From Polypterus senegalus (taxonomy: Eukaryota): 64,000 nt of DNA. A program made the translations under genes and the position numbers. The stretch's first letter is position 1; every line of letters begins with the position of its first letter. This document shows positions 36,501 to 49,060 of this stretch, piece by piece. The notes under the pieces are model-generated. The model did no database searches, had not been told where the DNA came from, and saw only the letters and a program-made list of their open reading frames with translations. Location of the stretch: positions 74,596,088 to 74,660,087 of the forward strand of contig NC_053155.1 of NCBI RefSeq assembly GCF_016835505.1. Direction: 5' to 3'.

Positions 36501-39500
36501 CCTACGATTATCAAGCTGTGGTAAAAAGCTGATCAATCAGCCAATTTGCCTGTCTTCCAGGGATAGCATGGTGAGATCCAGAGGAGGATTTTTATATAGG
36601 TCCTTTATTTTCTTTATTTCATTTTTATTTAGGCTATTAAATCTTATAATTTTGTCTTGGGTGGGGGGATTGTGGGTGGCATTTTTTTGTTATTTGTCTG
36701 TTTATTGTTCGTTTCTTTACATCTAAACAAAAAGGTTTGCATAAAAATTGTATACTTGAACTTTACTTTTTCAGGTTAATTGACTTAAATCTCAATATTG
36801 TTTAGAAAAAAATAAATAAATATCATCCATGTGGAGTTTCTTCTGGCACGTTTTTTTTTCGCACATCTCAGATATGCAAAGGCAGAGTTTACAGGTGACT
36901 CTAAATTGGCACAGAGTATGTTATTTGCAGATATATGCCCAGAGAATGACTGGCATTCCATCCAGGGTTAGTTACAACATTGTGCCGAATGCCACCAGGA
37001 AAAGTTCTGGCCCTCCATGACCACGTCTTGGAATAAGCTTGATCAATGGACTTTGCACAATATGACTGCCAGTTCAGTCATCACCTGTTACTTACTGTAT
37101 CCCCTAACTGTTTACAAGACCTGTGCTACAGTGAAACAACGCCCTTAAGCAGTGTGCTTAATAATATATAATTTATAATTCATTATATTTTTATAGTGCT
37201 TTTCAAGGTGCTCAAAACGCTTTCCTTAGTGAGTGGGAAGCCAGTTTGACCACCACTGTCAGAGACAGGGAATGATTAGGTGGCCAGAATGACTAGGCCA
37301 CGGTGGGCAATTTCAGCTTGGACATCAGGATAACCCTACTCTTTACAAAAGAAGCCTATGGATCTTTTATGACCACAGAGAGTCAGGACCTTGGTTTTAC
37401 ATCTCAACTGAAGGACAGCGCCATTTTTAGCGCACAGTGTCCTCATCACTGCACTGAGGTGTTGGGATCCACATTTAGACCATAGGGCAAGCACTCCCTG
37501 CTGGCCTCACCAACACCTTCTTCCAACAGTAACCCAAGTATTTCCTGGTTCGTGTCCCATCCAAGTACTGGCTGGGTACAAACATTCTTAGCATCAGATG
37601 GATGACCCGTTCTGAAGTGCATGTGGTATGGCTGCTGGCTACTACAGTACTTGTTGAGCTCCTTGATTTTCAGTATCAGCAAGGTACAAAGTAAAGTTTG
37701 GTTTGGATAAATCTGTACAATGTGACCAGTGGACAGACCGCAAGGAGCCAGGAAGAATAATTGAGGCACTAGCCCCAGAACTTAAAATTAACAAGATAAA
37801 GCACTTTGGTTTGCTCAGCACAAGGATCAAGTGTATTGACTCACAAAAATAATCAAATAAATGCTAATTAGCGGGATCTACGTCCTGGTTACTTGTTGGT
37901 TCTGGAGTGAGCTGCCATCCTCTGGGGACCACCTGTTTTTCCTTGCAACCTGACTGGAAGGGGTAGAACCTACTTAGGGCTAAAGGCTTCTTTCTTGAAC
38001 TGTGGCACCTACTATAGATCTGGAAACATTTTTTTTCTAGCTTAGCAAAATGTACAAAGCCATATTATGAAGAAACCATTGATTGACATCTATAAGAGTT
38101 TTTTGTTAATTCTGATCCATTCTTTGACTGTGCATGCTTAAGCAGATTTAATTTTTTTATTCTTTTCCCATTCCACTTGTGAAGCCTGGGCGCGTACAGT
38201 CGCCCTAACTCAACACAGACAGGCAGAGACAAGTTTGCCACACAACACACGCTTTTATTTACAGTTGGCTCACAGAGCATGACACACTCCCTTTGGCCGC
38301 CAGTCCTCCTCTAGAGCTTCATCCACTTCCTCCCAACTCAGGCCATTGAGTGGTGGTAACTGGCTCCTTTAATAGGGCACCTGGAAAGAGTTCAGGTGCC
38401 CAATGAGCTTCTTCCGCCAGCACTTCTGGGCATGGCGGAAGTGCTGCTAAATAGGGTCCTGCAGAAAAAAAAATCAAATTCGCACTTAGAGGATCTGTAC
38501 AAAACTTTTTCAAAACCAGGCAGGATCTAATCAATAACATTTTAGAATAAGCATTTAACTTGAGGAAGCAGGTTCTCTCCCATTTTTGACTCCATTTATC
38601 TTTATTCCTCTATTAATTTATCTGTTTTCTTATTTTTGCTAGCTTAAAGTTTTACTCTGCTGGCCTAGCTGTCTTTCTGAGGGGTGGGGGTTGATTTGTT
38701 TCAAACCTTTTTTGTAAAACATGAGTAATTTTTATGGAATGCAATTTGATTTTAATAAAATTAATAAAATCAATAAAATCAAAAAAGAAAATGGGGCCCT
38801 GGGCCCCAGCAGGGTTAAGTTTCTATGCTCATGACCCATGGCCAAGCTGGAAACCAAGGGAACTGCCCTCTGTCGGTCCGGGGGAGAAAGGGTCTTGAAA
38901 AAACTCCCAGCCAGGTAAGGGCTTCATCCATCCGCCACACACCGTTAACTGCAAAGATGCCATAATAAGATGCTGTATTATAACCCTATGGTCATTATGA
39001 GATACTATTTCAGTTTTTTAATTATTTTAATGCATATGGTATTTATTAATTCCCCATTTAATTGGGCTGAAGTAAATGTTAAAATTATATAACTTTGGGC
39101 AAAAATGTATGATTGAATTACACTTAAGTAAGAAAAAACCTTCAGTCAGTTTATCCCACTTGACTATTTTTATTGTGGAAAAGGTATTCAAGCACAAATT
39201 AAGAATGAGAATACTCAATTATGGGATGTAGCACGCACATCATTACATCTTCTCAATTTTATTCTGGATGATATGCTCTGAGATAAACCCTGTTTATGTT
39301 CCTTTGGTCTCATATCAAGATTTTTTTCTTTTGACATCATAAAAACTGAAATTAGTCCAAATATTCAAATTTAATGTAAACCGTGCATTTTGCAATTAAA
39401 TATCCTCAGCCATTGCATTACAAAATTAAGGCTAACAGTCATCCTTGCTTAACTTAACACAAGAAAGAAAAGTTGTTTATTTTGTTTCCATTCTCACATG

Positions 39501-39680
39501 AGAGAAGAACTACAGGGTAGTTTAGTGTTCAATTTAAAGAACATATAGAAGCAACATATTATACATTAAAAGAATAAATCTAAACTAAATTTAAAATTCA
39601 AATATTAAAAAAATGTTTTACAGAATTCTGTAATACTGCAGACTTTTGACCATTCACACCAATGTAAAGGTGCTTTGAGC

Positions 39681-40016
39681 AGGGCGGCAGAGTGGCGCAG
39701 TGGGTAGCGCTGTTGCCTCGCAGTTAGGACGCCCGGGTTTGCTTCCCGGGTCCTCCCTGTGTGGAGTTTGCATGTTTTCCCCGTGTCTGCGTGGGTTTCC
39801 TCCCACAGTCCAAAGACATGCAGGTTAGGTGGATTGGCGATTCTAAATTGTCCCTAGTGTGTGTGTGTGTGCCCTGCGGTAGGTTGGCGCCCTGCCCGGG
39901 GTTTGTTTCCTGCCTTGCGCCCTGTGTTGGCTGGGATTGGCTCCAGCAGACCCCCATGACCCTGTATTTGGGATATAGCGGGTTGGATAATGGATGGATG
40001 GATTCTTTGAGGGAGA
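39681..40016 (+). mobile_element. DANA-like tRNA-derived SINE (copy 2) with a (GGAT)n tail
   Basis: The head is ggcagagtggcgcagtgggtagcgctgttgcctcgcagttaggacgcccgggtttgcttccc. The core is ...ccacagtccaaagacatgcaggttaggtggattggcgattctaaattg... The tail is ggatggatggat. Confidence 0.85.
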
Positions 40017-40054
40017 TAACAAACTGGATTTTCATAAGAGTGACATTCTGCATC

Positions 40055-40160
40055 TACAACAACAACAACAACAACATTTATTTATATAGCACATTTTCAT
40101 TAAAAAAAAAAAAATGTAGCTCAAAGTGCTTTACAAAATGGAGAATAGAAAAATATGAAG
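40055..40160 (-). mobile_element. Short L2 3'UTR terminal fragment
   Basis: caacaacaacaacaacatttatttatatagcacattttcat...tgtagctcaaagtgctttacaaaatgga matches the end of the 340-bp L2 tail. Confidence 0.5.
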
Positions 40161-42814
40161 TTCATTTTTAAATTCTTTTTTAGGTTTCTTAACCTTCTCA
40201 ATTACTGTTAACCTTATCCTTCTTGCTTCTCCTACATATTGGAGATCTGGATTAAAATAGTGCCATATGTTTTCCACTTCAAAATGATAGTCATTCCTGT
40301 GTTTTAAGACATATTTAAAACATCTAGTCTTTTTTACTGAATATCTTCTAAAATCTCCTCATTTCAATTGTTTCTTTTCTAGCAGAGGAGATCTACATTA
40401 GCAGCTAATTTTATTCACTGAACTTAAGCACCTGTAAAATTTTAAAAGCAGTGAACCATCCATCTGTCCATCCATCTACATTACATTTTAGATCCTGTGT
40501 ATCCAGTTAAGAGTGACATGGATCAAGTGCCTACAACAGGTGCCCTGGGCACAAGGCTAGAACCAACTCTGAAGTGGTTATAATTCACTGAAAGACACAC
40601 ATACACACACATTTGGTCGTCTGGGTCAATTCAAACTTGGCAATAAACTAGGTCTCCCACATTCTTTGGAATATGGGAGGAAAAACATGGAAAAACCTCT
40701 ACAGACATTGGTAAAAAGGTGTAAATTAACATAGGATTTGAATCCAGGAGTTTCAAGCTGTGAGGGAGCAGCATTGACGATTGAATCACTTCTAGGAAAC
40801 TAATACTGGAGCAAATTAGCAATTAATTTTATTAATGCTTGTTTATGCTAATTGAAACTATTTTTCTTGTTTGCCATTTTAAGTTAAATTTTCTGGTTTT
40901 TAACCATTTTGTTCATATGCAGTTTTTGTCTTACAGTGTATTTATACACGTTAGAAAATACTGAATGCTTTTTGTGTTAGCCTTTTATCCCAAGTAATGA
41001 GAACATTTTGAAAGAATGTGAAGATTTTTATAGACATTAGGCAATGTGTTGACCATTGATTATTTGCTTAAAAATATACTGTTGTGTTAGTGGTACAGTA
41101 GATTTTAAATTATTCTAAAGTAAGTAACAAAGAGTGCACAGCAGATCATTTGGGGGAGGTTACTAAGTCAAAATGAGCCTTTATTAGAACAATGGAAGGT
41201 AAAGAAAGCACACATATGGCTTGCTAACCCCATCTTAATTGACCCACTGACAGCAACACCTGGCTTGTTTTACTGGTAACTGACAGCCACCTTTATTAAC
41301 AGTGAGTTGGCATCAATTCATGCACAGGATGGTCTTAGCTGTGATTCTGCCCTCAGCTTAAATTCCAAAAAGTCAGGCATAGAATGAGCTCTGTTTTTAG
41401 TTTCCCAGTAGCTCCAGATGGCCACATGTGCTATTTATTTGTAATTATATTCCAAACTAAACACAACACTTTTTCTACCACAGTTACCAGCATATGTTGC
41501 AGATTTGCTTACAATTCCGTTTTAATGTTCTAAGTTGAAAATGCACATTCAATAATTTCTAAGGTGAACTGAAGTGAGTAGCAAAATAAAGATGTAAAAA
41601 GTACAATTTGGATACTACTGTCATAAATGATATTTTACGTTTTTTTTGAACCAATGTGGCTGAATCAAGTAGTGCTGTTATTTTATTATAGAAGTGTGAC
41701 AGTATGACAGCAGAAAAAACAATATTGTGCGTGTGTGGGATCAGTCTATATTTAATGTGGATAAAAATTGTAAAATGCATACTGAATGCAGGTAGCATAG
41801 CAATCTTAGGTGGTGTCAACAAGGCTAGGATTCTACTGCTCCTTATTTTAAGCAAGTCTGTTGAAACTAAGTTTTAATATAATACTTGTACAATGATTAA
41901 TTACAGAATAATTATTTGAAAAGGAGGAAGCAAAATGGTGCTGTGATTACATATCTCAAAGACACATGGCTACAAATCTGTGTGGAGTTTGCACCACCAC
42001 CTCATGTTCACATAGTTTTTATGTGTTATTCTAAAGATGTTCATTATAGATTATATGAAGTCTTATAACTCCTCCAGTGTGAATACACGTGGATGTTTAG
42101 ATGCATTTACCCAATAATGGAAGGAGGACCTTGAAGGACTGATTCTAGACTTTCTCACAGTTTTAGGCTTAAATGGGTCTGAAAAGCACAACATTTTTCA
42201 AGTTAAAGTATTTAGTCTAACAGATGTTGGAATGGCATTACACATAGAGTAATGACATATCAAAAAAGTGTCAGAACCATGAAGAATGTAAATAAGTATA
42301 AAACCTAACAAAATGGTTGGCAATTACTTATGATACGAAATCAAATCAGAATGAATTAACTTTTCATCCTTCTTTCTTAGTTTTTCTGTTTTGTTATTAT
42401 TGTTTTTATTATGGTCAATTTTTTATTAATCTATACTAATAAAATGCAAAGCCCTCACTCACTCACTCATTCACTCACTGACTCATCACTAATTCTCCAA
42501 CTTCCCGTGTAGGTAGAAGGCTGAAATTTGGCAGGCTTATTCCTTACAGCTTACTTACAAAAGTTAAGCAGGTCTCATTTCGAAATTCTGTACGTGACGG
42601 TCATAACCCACGATAACGGTCGACAACGTCCGCCATGTTGAACTTTATTACTTATGTGCCCATCTTCAAGAAATTTGGTACGTGGGTTCCCAACGCTAAC
42701 TGAATCCTACTTACGTACATATATACATCCATAGCCTGCAGCTCTGTCATCGTGTGAGGTGCCGTTGGGTCCCCCATCCCAACGCCTCCCACGTTGATGG
42801 CTGCCTGCCTATAT

Positions 42815-42830
42815 AAGGCCGCTCCGGTCT
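42815..42830 (+). promoter_or_regulatory. TATA box (ctgcctatataaggccgc) upstream of the OTU-like ORF
   Basis: A TATATAAGG motif lies about 200 bp upstream of the ATG. A putative short intron (cgt|gtatgt ... ttgttcag|) may lie within the 5' leader. Confidence 0.4.
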
Positions 42831-43026
42831 CTACATTCCCTTCCTTGCTTCGCCATGGGATTCACATCTCCCTGCTGATAACTACAGCCTATTTATTTAA
42901 TCCATGGCTTCTCCGCTGTTTTATTGTTCATTTATTACAATTATAGTTATCGTGTATGTATTTTAGACTTACTTTACATTGTTCAGGTACCCATTTCCTT
43001 TATCGTTCCAACCGTATCCCCACTAA

Positions 43027-43513
43027 CATGTCTATCAAGGTGATCACTATCGATCAAAGAACTGTCACTTACCGAGTGGTTTCCATGCCTGGAGATGGCA
43101 CCTGCCTTTTCCATTCTCATTGTTACATATTGCACAGCCATATCAGGCTCACTCTTGATATCCGGAGGAACATTGTGTCTTATGTATTGAATGACTGGGA
43201 CAGGTTCAAGGTGTGGACTGATGACGGTACAGGAGATAATTATACTACACAGGAGCACTATAAGAGTGAAATACTTAAGCCCTTCACCTATGGTTCTGCA
43301 TGTGAGTTGATGGCTGCCACTGAATTGTTCGGTTGTCGCTTTCAAGTGTACCGAAATGGCCAAATATTTTACACCTTTCGACAACCGGCAATGCCTCTTA
43401 AACATCTTAGATTGACAGGTGACAATTTTAGTAGTGTACATTTTGATGTTTATGAATGTTTAAACTCTCAAAAGCTGGATGCGAAGTTATCGATGAAACC
43501 GGTTGTATGCTAA
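43027..43513 (+). CDS. OTU-family cysteine protease-like ORF (162 aa): MSIKVITIDQRTVTYRVVSMPGDGTCLFHS...SVHFDVYECL...
   Basis: It has the Cys box PGDGxCLFHS and the His box (S)VHFD(V) at the canonical spacing of about 120 aa. It is an uninterrupted ORF in an otherwise ORF-poor, TE-rich interval. CpG dinucleotides are retained across 42560-43200. Confidence 0.6.
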
Positions 43514-43849
43514 CAACGCTTGACAGATGCCGAATGTCACTTCAACACAAGTCCTGCAAATACTGTCGTAATTGAAACAAACCATGAAACACAAACTGAT
43601 TATGACAGCAGCAATCCAAGCTGTGAGATTTGAGACGAGATTACTTTTCACATGGCCAACTGTACGTTGCATGCTCAAGAGTAAGCTCAGCGCACAGCTT
43701 GATCATATTACAACTGGAGGGCCGAACTGACAATGTGGTATACAAAGAGATCCTTAACAAATAATTATTGGTATATTTTCCCTCAGTTTTAAAAGGTTTA
43801 ATTTTCTTCTTTATAAAAATTTTAAGGCAGTACTTTGCTGGGAGGCAGT

Positions 43850-44650
43850 GTGTTTAACAGAAGGCAGAAGTGAAAACAGGGGATAAGCTGATGCCTGGCA
43901 TCTGAGATGATGGATTTAGCCCTCCTCAAACACTGGGTGGAGTAGATGGTATGAAGCTGTAGATGGTCACCCTATGTGATTTTAGAGGCAGTATGGGTGG
44001 TTACAATCCTCACAGTCAGGTTACCAAACCACACCATGATGCATCCAGTCAGTATACTTTCAATAGTGCAGTGATTGAAGTTCACCAGTATGTTGATTCT
44101 CACCCTTAGCTCCCTTAGGAAAAAGTGTCTTTGGTGAGCCTTTTTTGAGGATGCTGGTGGTGTTGACAGATCATGAAAGGCAGCGAGTGATACAGACCCT
44201 CAGGAATCTGAAGCCGCCTATTGTTTAGATGTGGGAACCATTGATGTGGAGTTGAGTATGATTTCCTTTGGCCTTCCTGAAGTTGAAAATGACCTCCTTT
44301 GTTTTGTGGACTTTCATGGAGGTTGTCATCATGGTATGATTCAGTCAGGTCTAACCTCCCTCTTGTATGTAGCTTCTTCATCGTTGATGATGCCAATCAC
44401 AGAGGTGTCTAATGCATACTTGGTGATGCTGTTGCTCATGATCATAGGAGAGTAGACCGTATAGCAGTGGGCTGAAGCAGTAACCTTGTAGAATGCCAAA
44501 GTGAGTGAACAGTAGAGGTGTTCTCCTTTACAGTCCTCAATGACTAGGGTCTATTTGTCACAAAGTCAATCACCAAGCCACAGATGGAGCTGCTCTGAGC
44601 TTTAATATTAGGCTGGAGGGCTCAAGCAAGCTTAGTTGTGTTTTCCATTA
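43850..44650 (-). mobile_element. Retroelement fragment (LINE-type ORF2 C-terminal motif)
   Basis: The minus-strand translation ...FFLRELRVRINILVNFNHCTIESILTGCIMVWFGNLTVR... resembles the widespread fish repeat motif FYSCVVESILTSCITVWYGNC. Confidence 0.45.
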
Positions 44651-45667
44651 AATGAAATGATATTACCGTATGCATTTTAAAATATATGTGCTTATCATAG
44701 TTGCCAGAGAGTGGCAACCTTTTAGTATTATTGTTACCAGAATTGGATTAAGTAAATTTAAAAATGCATGTATGCATTGAAGACTAAATGTGGGTATGAA
44801 TTCAAATGTAATGGTCACATATACTGTAAACATTTCATTGTCAAACCCACTTATTTAAATTCAGAGTAGTATTCAGGGCAGTAACCAACTCATTTAAACA
44901 CATATCCATGGGAACAAGCTTTGGAATCAATAATCAACCAAACATTAATTAAATTAATCTACGGAATATGAGAGGAAAACTGTAATATGTGGAGAAAAAC
45001 CCAAGCAGACGTAAGGAGGATGTGCACATGCCACACAGACAGCAACTAGGCATGGAATTCAACCGCAGAATGTTTAATTTATGAGACAGCAATGTTACCC
45101 TTTTCAAAAATGTACTGCCAAGGTTACATATAATAAAATGTAAACATAAAACTTGATAGCTTTACATGGAAAGCATGTTTGAAAGTTAACTAAATGCATA
45201 ATAAAGTAGAGCTTACACATTTTTATGCCTGAAGAGAAAGCTTTTCTGGTATCAGGATCATATAAAAGCAGAATTTAAAACAAAATTTTTGTAGTGTTCA
45301 CCCCAGATCTTCAGTTAATGAGACATGCTTAGTTTGTGCACTTTAAGTTTACTGAGAAATTGTGAGATAGCAACTATTTTGGAGCTTTCTTTGGAAGGCT
45401 GTACAGAATTAAATGTATTTTAAGTCTGTAAATTGCAATAGCTTAGCTGTGGTGTGAGCAGTCATGGAAGTCTTAACAGTAGATAATTTAGTGTAGGCTA
45501 GAAGATAAGACGAAAATTTTTTATTTATGTGTATTAAGTTGAGTTGCTGCTGAGATTTATCTCTTGAAGAAATAGTTTTAAACAAGTCTTATTACTCTGA
45601 ATGATATTGTTTCTTAAACCTTTAACATGTAATAAATTTGATCCTTTATACATTTTTAATGTTTCAG

Positions 45668-45802
45668 CAGTTTGCCATGGGTATCTTTAAGGACTGTTCC
45701 ATAGTTCTGGAACTGAAAAATCTACCAATAAAGGAGAAGAACAATCTGAAGGCCCTGATTAAAGAAAATGGAGGGAGTGTTACATATGTGATCAATAAAA
45801 AG
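45668..45802 (+). CDS. PARP4: PARP4 (vault poly-ADP-ribose polymerase) ATG exon: MGIFKDCSIVLELKNLPIKEKNNLKALIKENGGSVTYVINKK
   Basis: An acceptor tttcag| ends at 45667. The ATG is at 45677-45679 in the context gccATGg. The exon has 42 codons and ends AAG|gtattt. It matches the human PARP4 N-terminal BRCT start MVMGIFANCIFCLKVKYLPQQQKKKLQTDIKENGG. Confidence 0.75.
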
Positions 45803-47094
45803 GTATTTATCTAAGCGGTGTCTGCACATTGTAAATGTTCATTTGTAGTTCAGCGTATTGCTAACACATATGATGGGATACTATATCTGTGGTGGGAAAT
45901 ACAGGAGACCAAGGGGGACTCAACCCCCTTGAATTAGACACAAGCTCCACTAAATACAGTAATAAAAATGATCTGTTTTTAATACTTTTATTTTTTCATC
46001 AATTTGAATTTAAAAATAACTGACATTTTCACAAAGTTTTCTTGTGGCAGCATTTCCATTCTAGATGTGTGATGTGTGTATTAGCTGTCAAGATGTGGCC
46101 CAATCGGAAAACTGGAATGCAATTTTATGAATGATTTTCAGTTGAAAATCGCACAGGCTTAAAATTTTATCTTAGCCACGTTATTTTGATCCACAGAAAT
46201 GATCAGGGTCTTTCTTTAAATTCTTTGTTGATTCTTTCCTGTCCTACTACCACTGCTGCTACTACTACTACTACTATTTTTGTATGTTTATCACTAGTCA
46301 TGTTTTGAATAGAGTGAGTTTTTAAAAGTGACCTGTTGTTTTACTGAACTTACCACTAACAATTCAGATGCCCCTTCCCATGTCTAGTCTTTTTCTCTTA
46401 AGGAGCCTTCTGTGTCTAGTTTGGAAGTAAATTCTGTTTTGAAGTCATCATGGCTTTTTGATATACTGTATGCAGTTTGTCTTATTTTAAAGCAGAAACA
46501 AAATTCAAAGAAGCACAATGTATTAAATTTAAAGGATAAGTTCAAGTATTTTTCAAGTCAATATTATTTCTTCACAGACAAGGTTTATATACATTTGTCT
46601 CATGAAATTGTGTTCTAAAGTTAAGCATTTTCTATAAATTAAAAAAAATATCCTCCTTGCCCTGGCGTTTTATAATGCAAACTATGGGGCACAGAACACC
46701 ATCAAAAAATAAAAGCCTAAAAACTTACCAAATGCATCCATTTTGAACTGGCAAAACTTTTGATATAAGAAAACTTGTCTTCCATGTTTCCAACACATGT
46801 TTGGGACAATAAAAAAGATCTGGAAATATGAATCATATATTCCTAATACTATTTTTCTTATGGTAAGGATGTGTTTTCAGTTTGCTTATGTGAAAGCAGT
46901 GGCCTTCATGAGAGGAGTTCTAACAAACTGTAAATAAGAAAGTAAATCAACATGACACCATGCATGTGGCAAGAAAAGTTTACTTTGAGTTGGTCTTTCA
47001 AGAGGAAACCACACCCCTCAGGATGAAAGGTACTGAGGGAGTACACACAGTTAGTCATCTTTTAAAGTAACTGAATCTCATAATAATGCATTTA

Positions 47095-47290
47095 CATTCA
47101 CTTATTTGGCCAACACCTTTATCCAAGGTGGCTTGCAACATTTATGATATAATTGGTGACATTTCTTTTGTTTTTCCAATGGGAGCTCAGGCAGGTCATG
47201 TGACTGGCTCATGGTTACACAGTGTCAGTAGCAGGATTTGAACCCACAACATCTAGATTTAAAGTCAAAAGCCTTAACTTTGATACCACA
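47095..47290 (-). mobile_element. tRNA-derived SINE-like element
   Basis: The plus strand carries ggatttgaacccacaac, which is the reverse complement of a B-box gttgtgggttcaaatcc. There is a conserved block ...cttatttggccaacacctttatccaaggtggcttgcaa... No ORF is present. Confidence 0.4.
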
Positions 47291-47568
47291 CTGCCTGTGC
47301 TTTTGTGTTCAAATATTACATGTATAAGCTATTTTACAATGTGAGTGTAATCTCAAGGCACGGATCAGTGCTCGGTAACTATCTTGGCTTGAAAAATGTT
47401 CTGTAAGTCTTTTTCTTTTACTCTTTGAGCAGAAATTCACACTTAACCACTTTATGAACTGTTTTATGATTGGCTGAAGCTTCTGTTGTTCTGTAAATAA
47501 TTACAGTAGTACTTGTTTGTTTACAAGCCTTTCTTCTAATGCATCAGTATCTGTTTTTGATTATGCAG

Positions 47569-47758
47569 TGTACGCATGTTGTTGCAAATTGTTTGGACCA
47601 CTTGAGTCCTAACAGGAAAAAGAGTATTGACAAGTTCCAGATACCAGTTGTTACAACAAACTACATTTTCAAATGCTGCGACGAAAAAAATCTGCTGAAT
47701 GTGCAAGAATATACTTCTGCTGAAACCATTCTTCATAAACAAAGTAAAGACAATGCAG
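47569..47758 (+). CDS. PARP4: PARP4 coding exon (CTHVVANCLDHLSPNRKKSIDKFQIPVVTTNYIFKCCDEKNLLNVQEYTSAETILHKQSKDNA)
   Basis: The exon runs from an acceptor ttatgcag| to a donor GCAG|gtcagt. It aligns to human PARP4 CTHIILDNADVLSQYQLNSIQKNHVHIANPDFIWKSIREKRLLDVKNYDP and completes the BRCT domain. Confidence 0.7.
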
Positions 47759-48719
47759 GTCAGTTTATAAATGAATCTTAAATAAAAAAATAAACTTTAC
47801 TGTCACAGCTGTACCTTTAGTGATTTACTGTATATAATGTCTTTGAAATTAAAACACACAATCTAATAGATAGACTTCCTTTAAGTAAAAAGTAGCTGTA
47901 TAAAAGATGTGGTTATATTAAATACATTAAAAAGACAGCCATTTCTTTTAAAAAATGTTTGTTTTTAGAGATACCTATCATTAAAGCATCTGTATTATAA
48001 TCAGTAATTCAATTAGTCTGCTTTTCGGTTCAAGCCATTTATACCACATCCCTTTACTTAAGGTGTGCTGGCAGTAAATTCAGATATGGTGGATATTTGA
48101 TGCAAAATGAACATATAATTATGTATCCTGTATCAACATTTGATATTACAGTTCAGGGTCACAGGAATGTATGGGAAATTGCTTTTTTCAAAAAGGTACT
48201 TCAAACAAATAAAATACAAATAAATATCTCATTTTGAAGTTTTTTAGTATTTTTTACAGTGTGTCTAGAGTGGCTCTCTTGTGGTTCCAGTCAATTCCCA
48301 ATGAAAGACCATATGACAGAAATTTTCTCAGACAAATTAGAAGTTTTGTTTGGAACAGTTCTGGTTTTGCCTTTGTTTTACTTTGACTTCCTGACTTTTC
48401 ATATTAATTAAATATTACACATAATAAAATATTAATTAAAATATATAACACTTTTTTTGCAAAAAGACATTTGTTACAGCTATAACTACTCTTCTGCCTT
48501 TTCCCTAACGAATGTATTCCCTCCTCACTTCCTCTTGTATATGTATATATTGTATGCATTACAGTATGTTGTATAAAGTTTTTTCTGTTGTTGGTATTGT
48601 ATTACCGTCTGTAAACTGGAAAGCCTACGTTTAAGAATTTTATTTTATTATGTACCCAGGACAATAAATGTGAACATCAACATGAAATAATGATAGTATG
48701 GTTTTGATTGGTTTCTGTT

Positions 48720-49060
48720 TAGATATAGATAGATAGATAGATAGATACTTTATTAATCCCAAGGGGAAATTCACATAATCCACCAGCAGTATACTGATAC
48801 AAAAAACAATATTAAATTAAATAGTAATAAAAATGCATGTAAAAGCAGACAATAACTTTGAGTAATGTTAGCATTTACTCCCCTGGATAGAATTGAAGAG
48901 TCGCATAGTGTGGGGGAGGAACGATCTCCTCAACCTGTCAGTGGAGCAGGACAGTGACAAAAGTCTGTCACTGAAGCTACTCCTCTGCCTGGAGATGAAA
49001 CTGTTCAGTGGATGCAGTGGATTCTTCATGATTGTTAAACAGACGACCCCCGAAATTTGC
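48720..49060. repeat. (GATA)n microsatellite fused to an unclassified interspersed repeat
   Basis: The sequence agatagatagatagatagatactttattaatcccaaggggaaattcac... is present. Confidence 0.5.
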
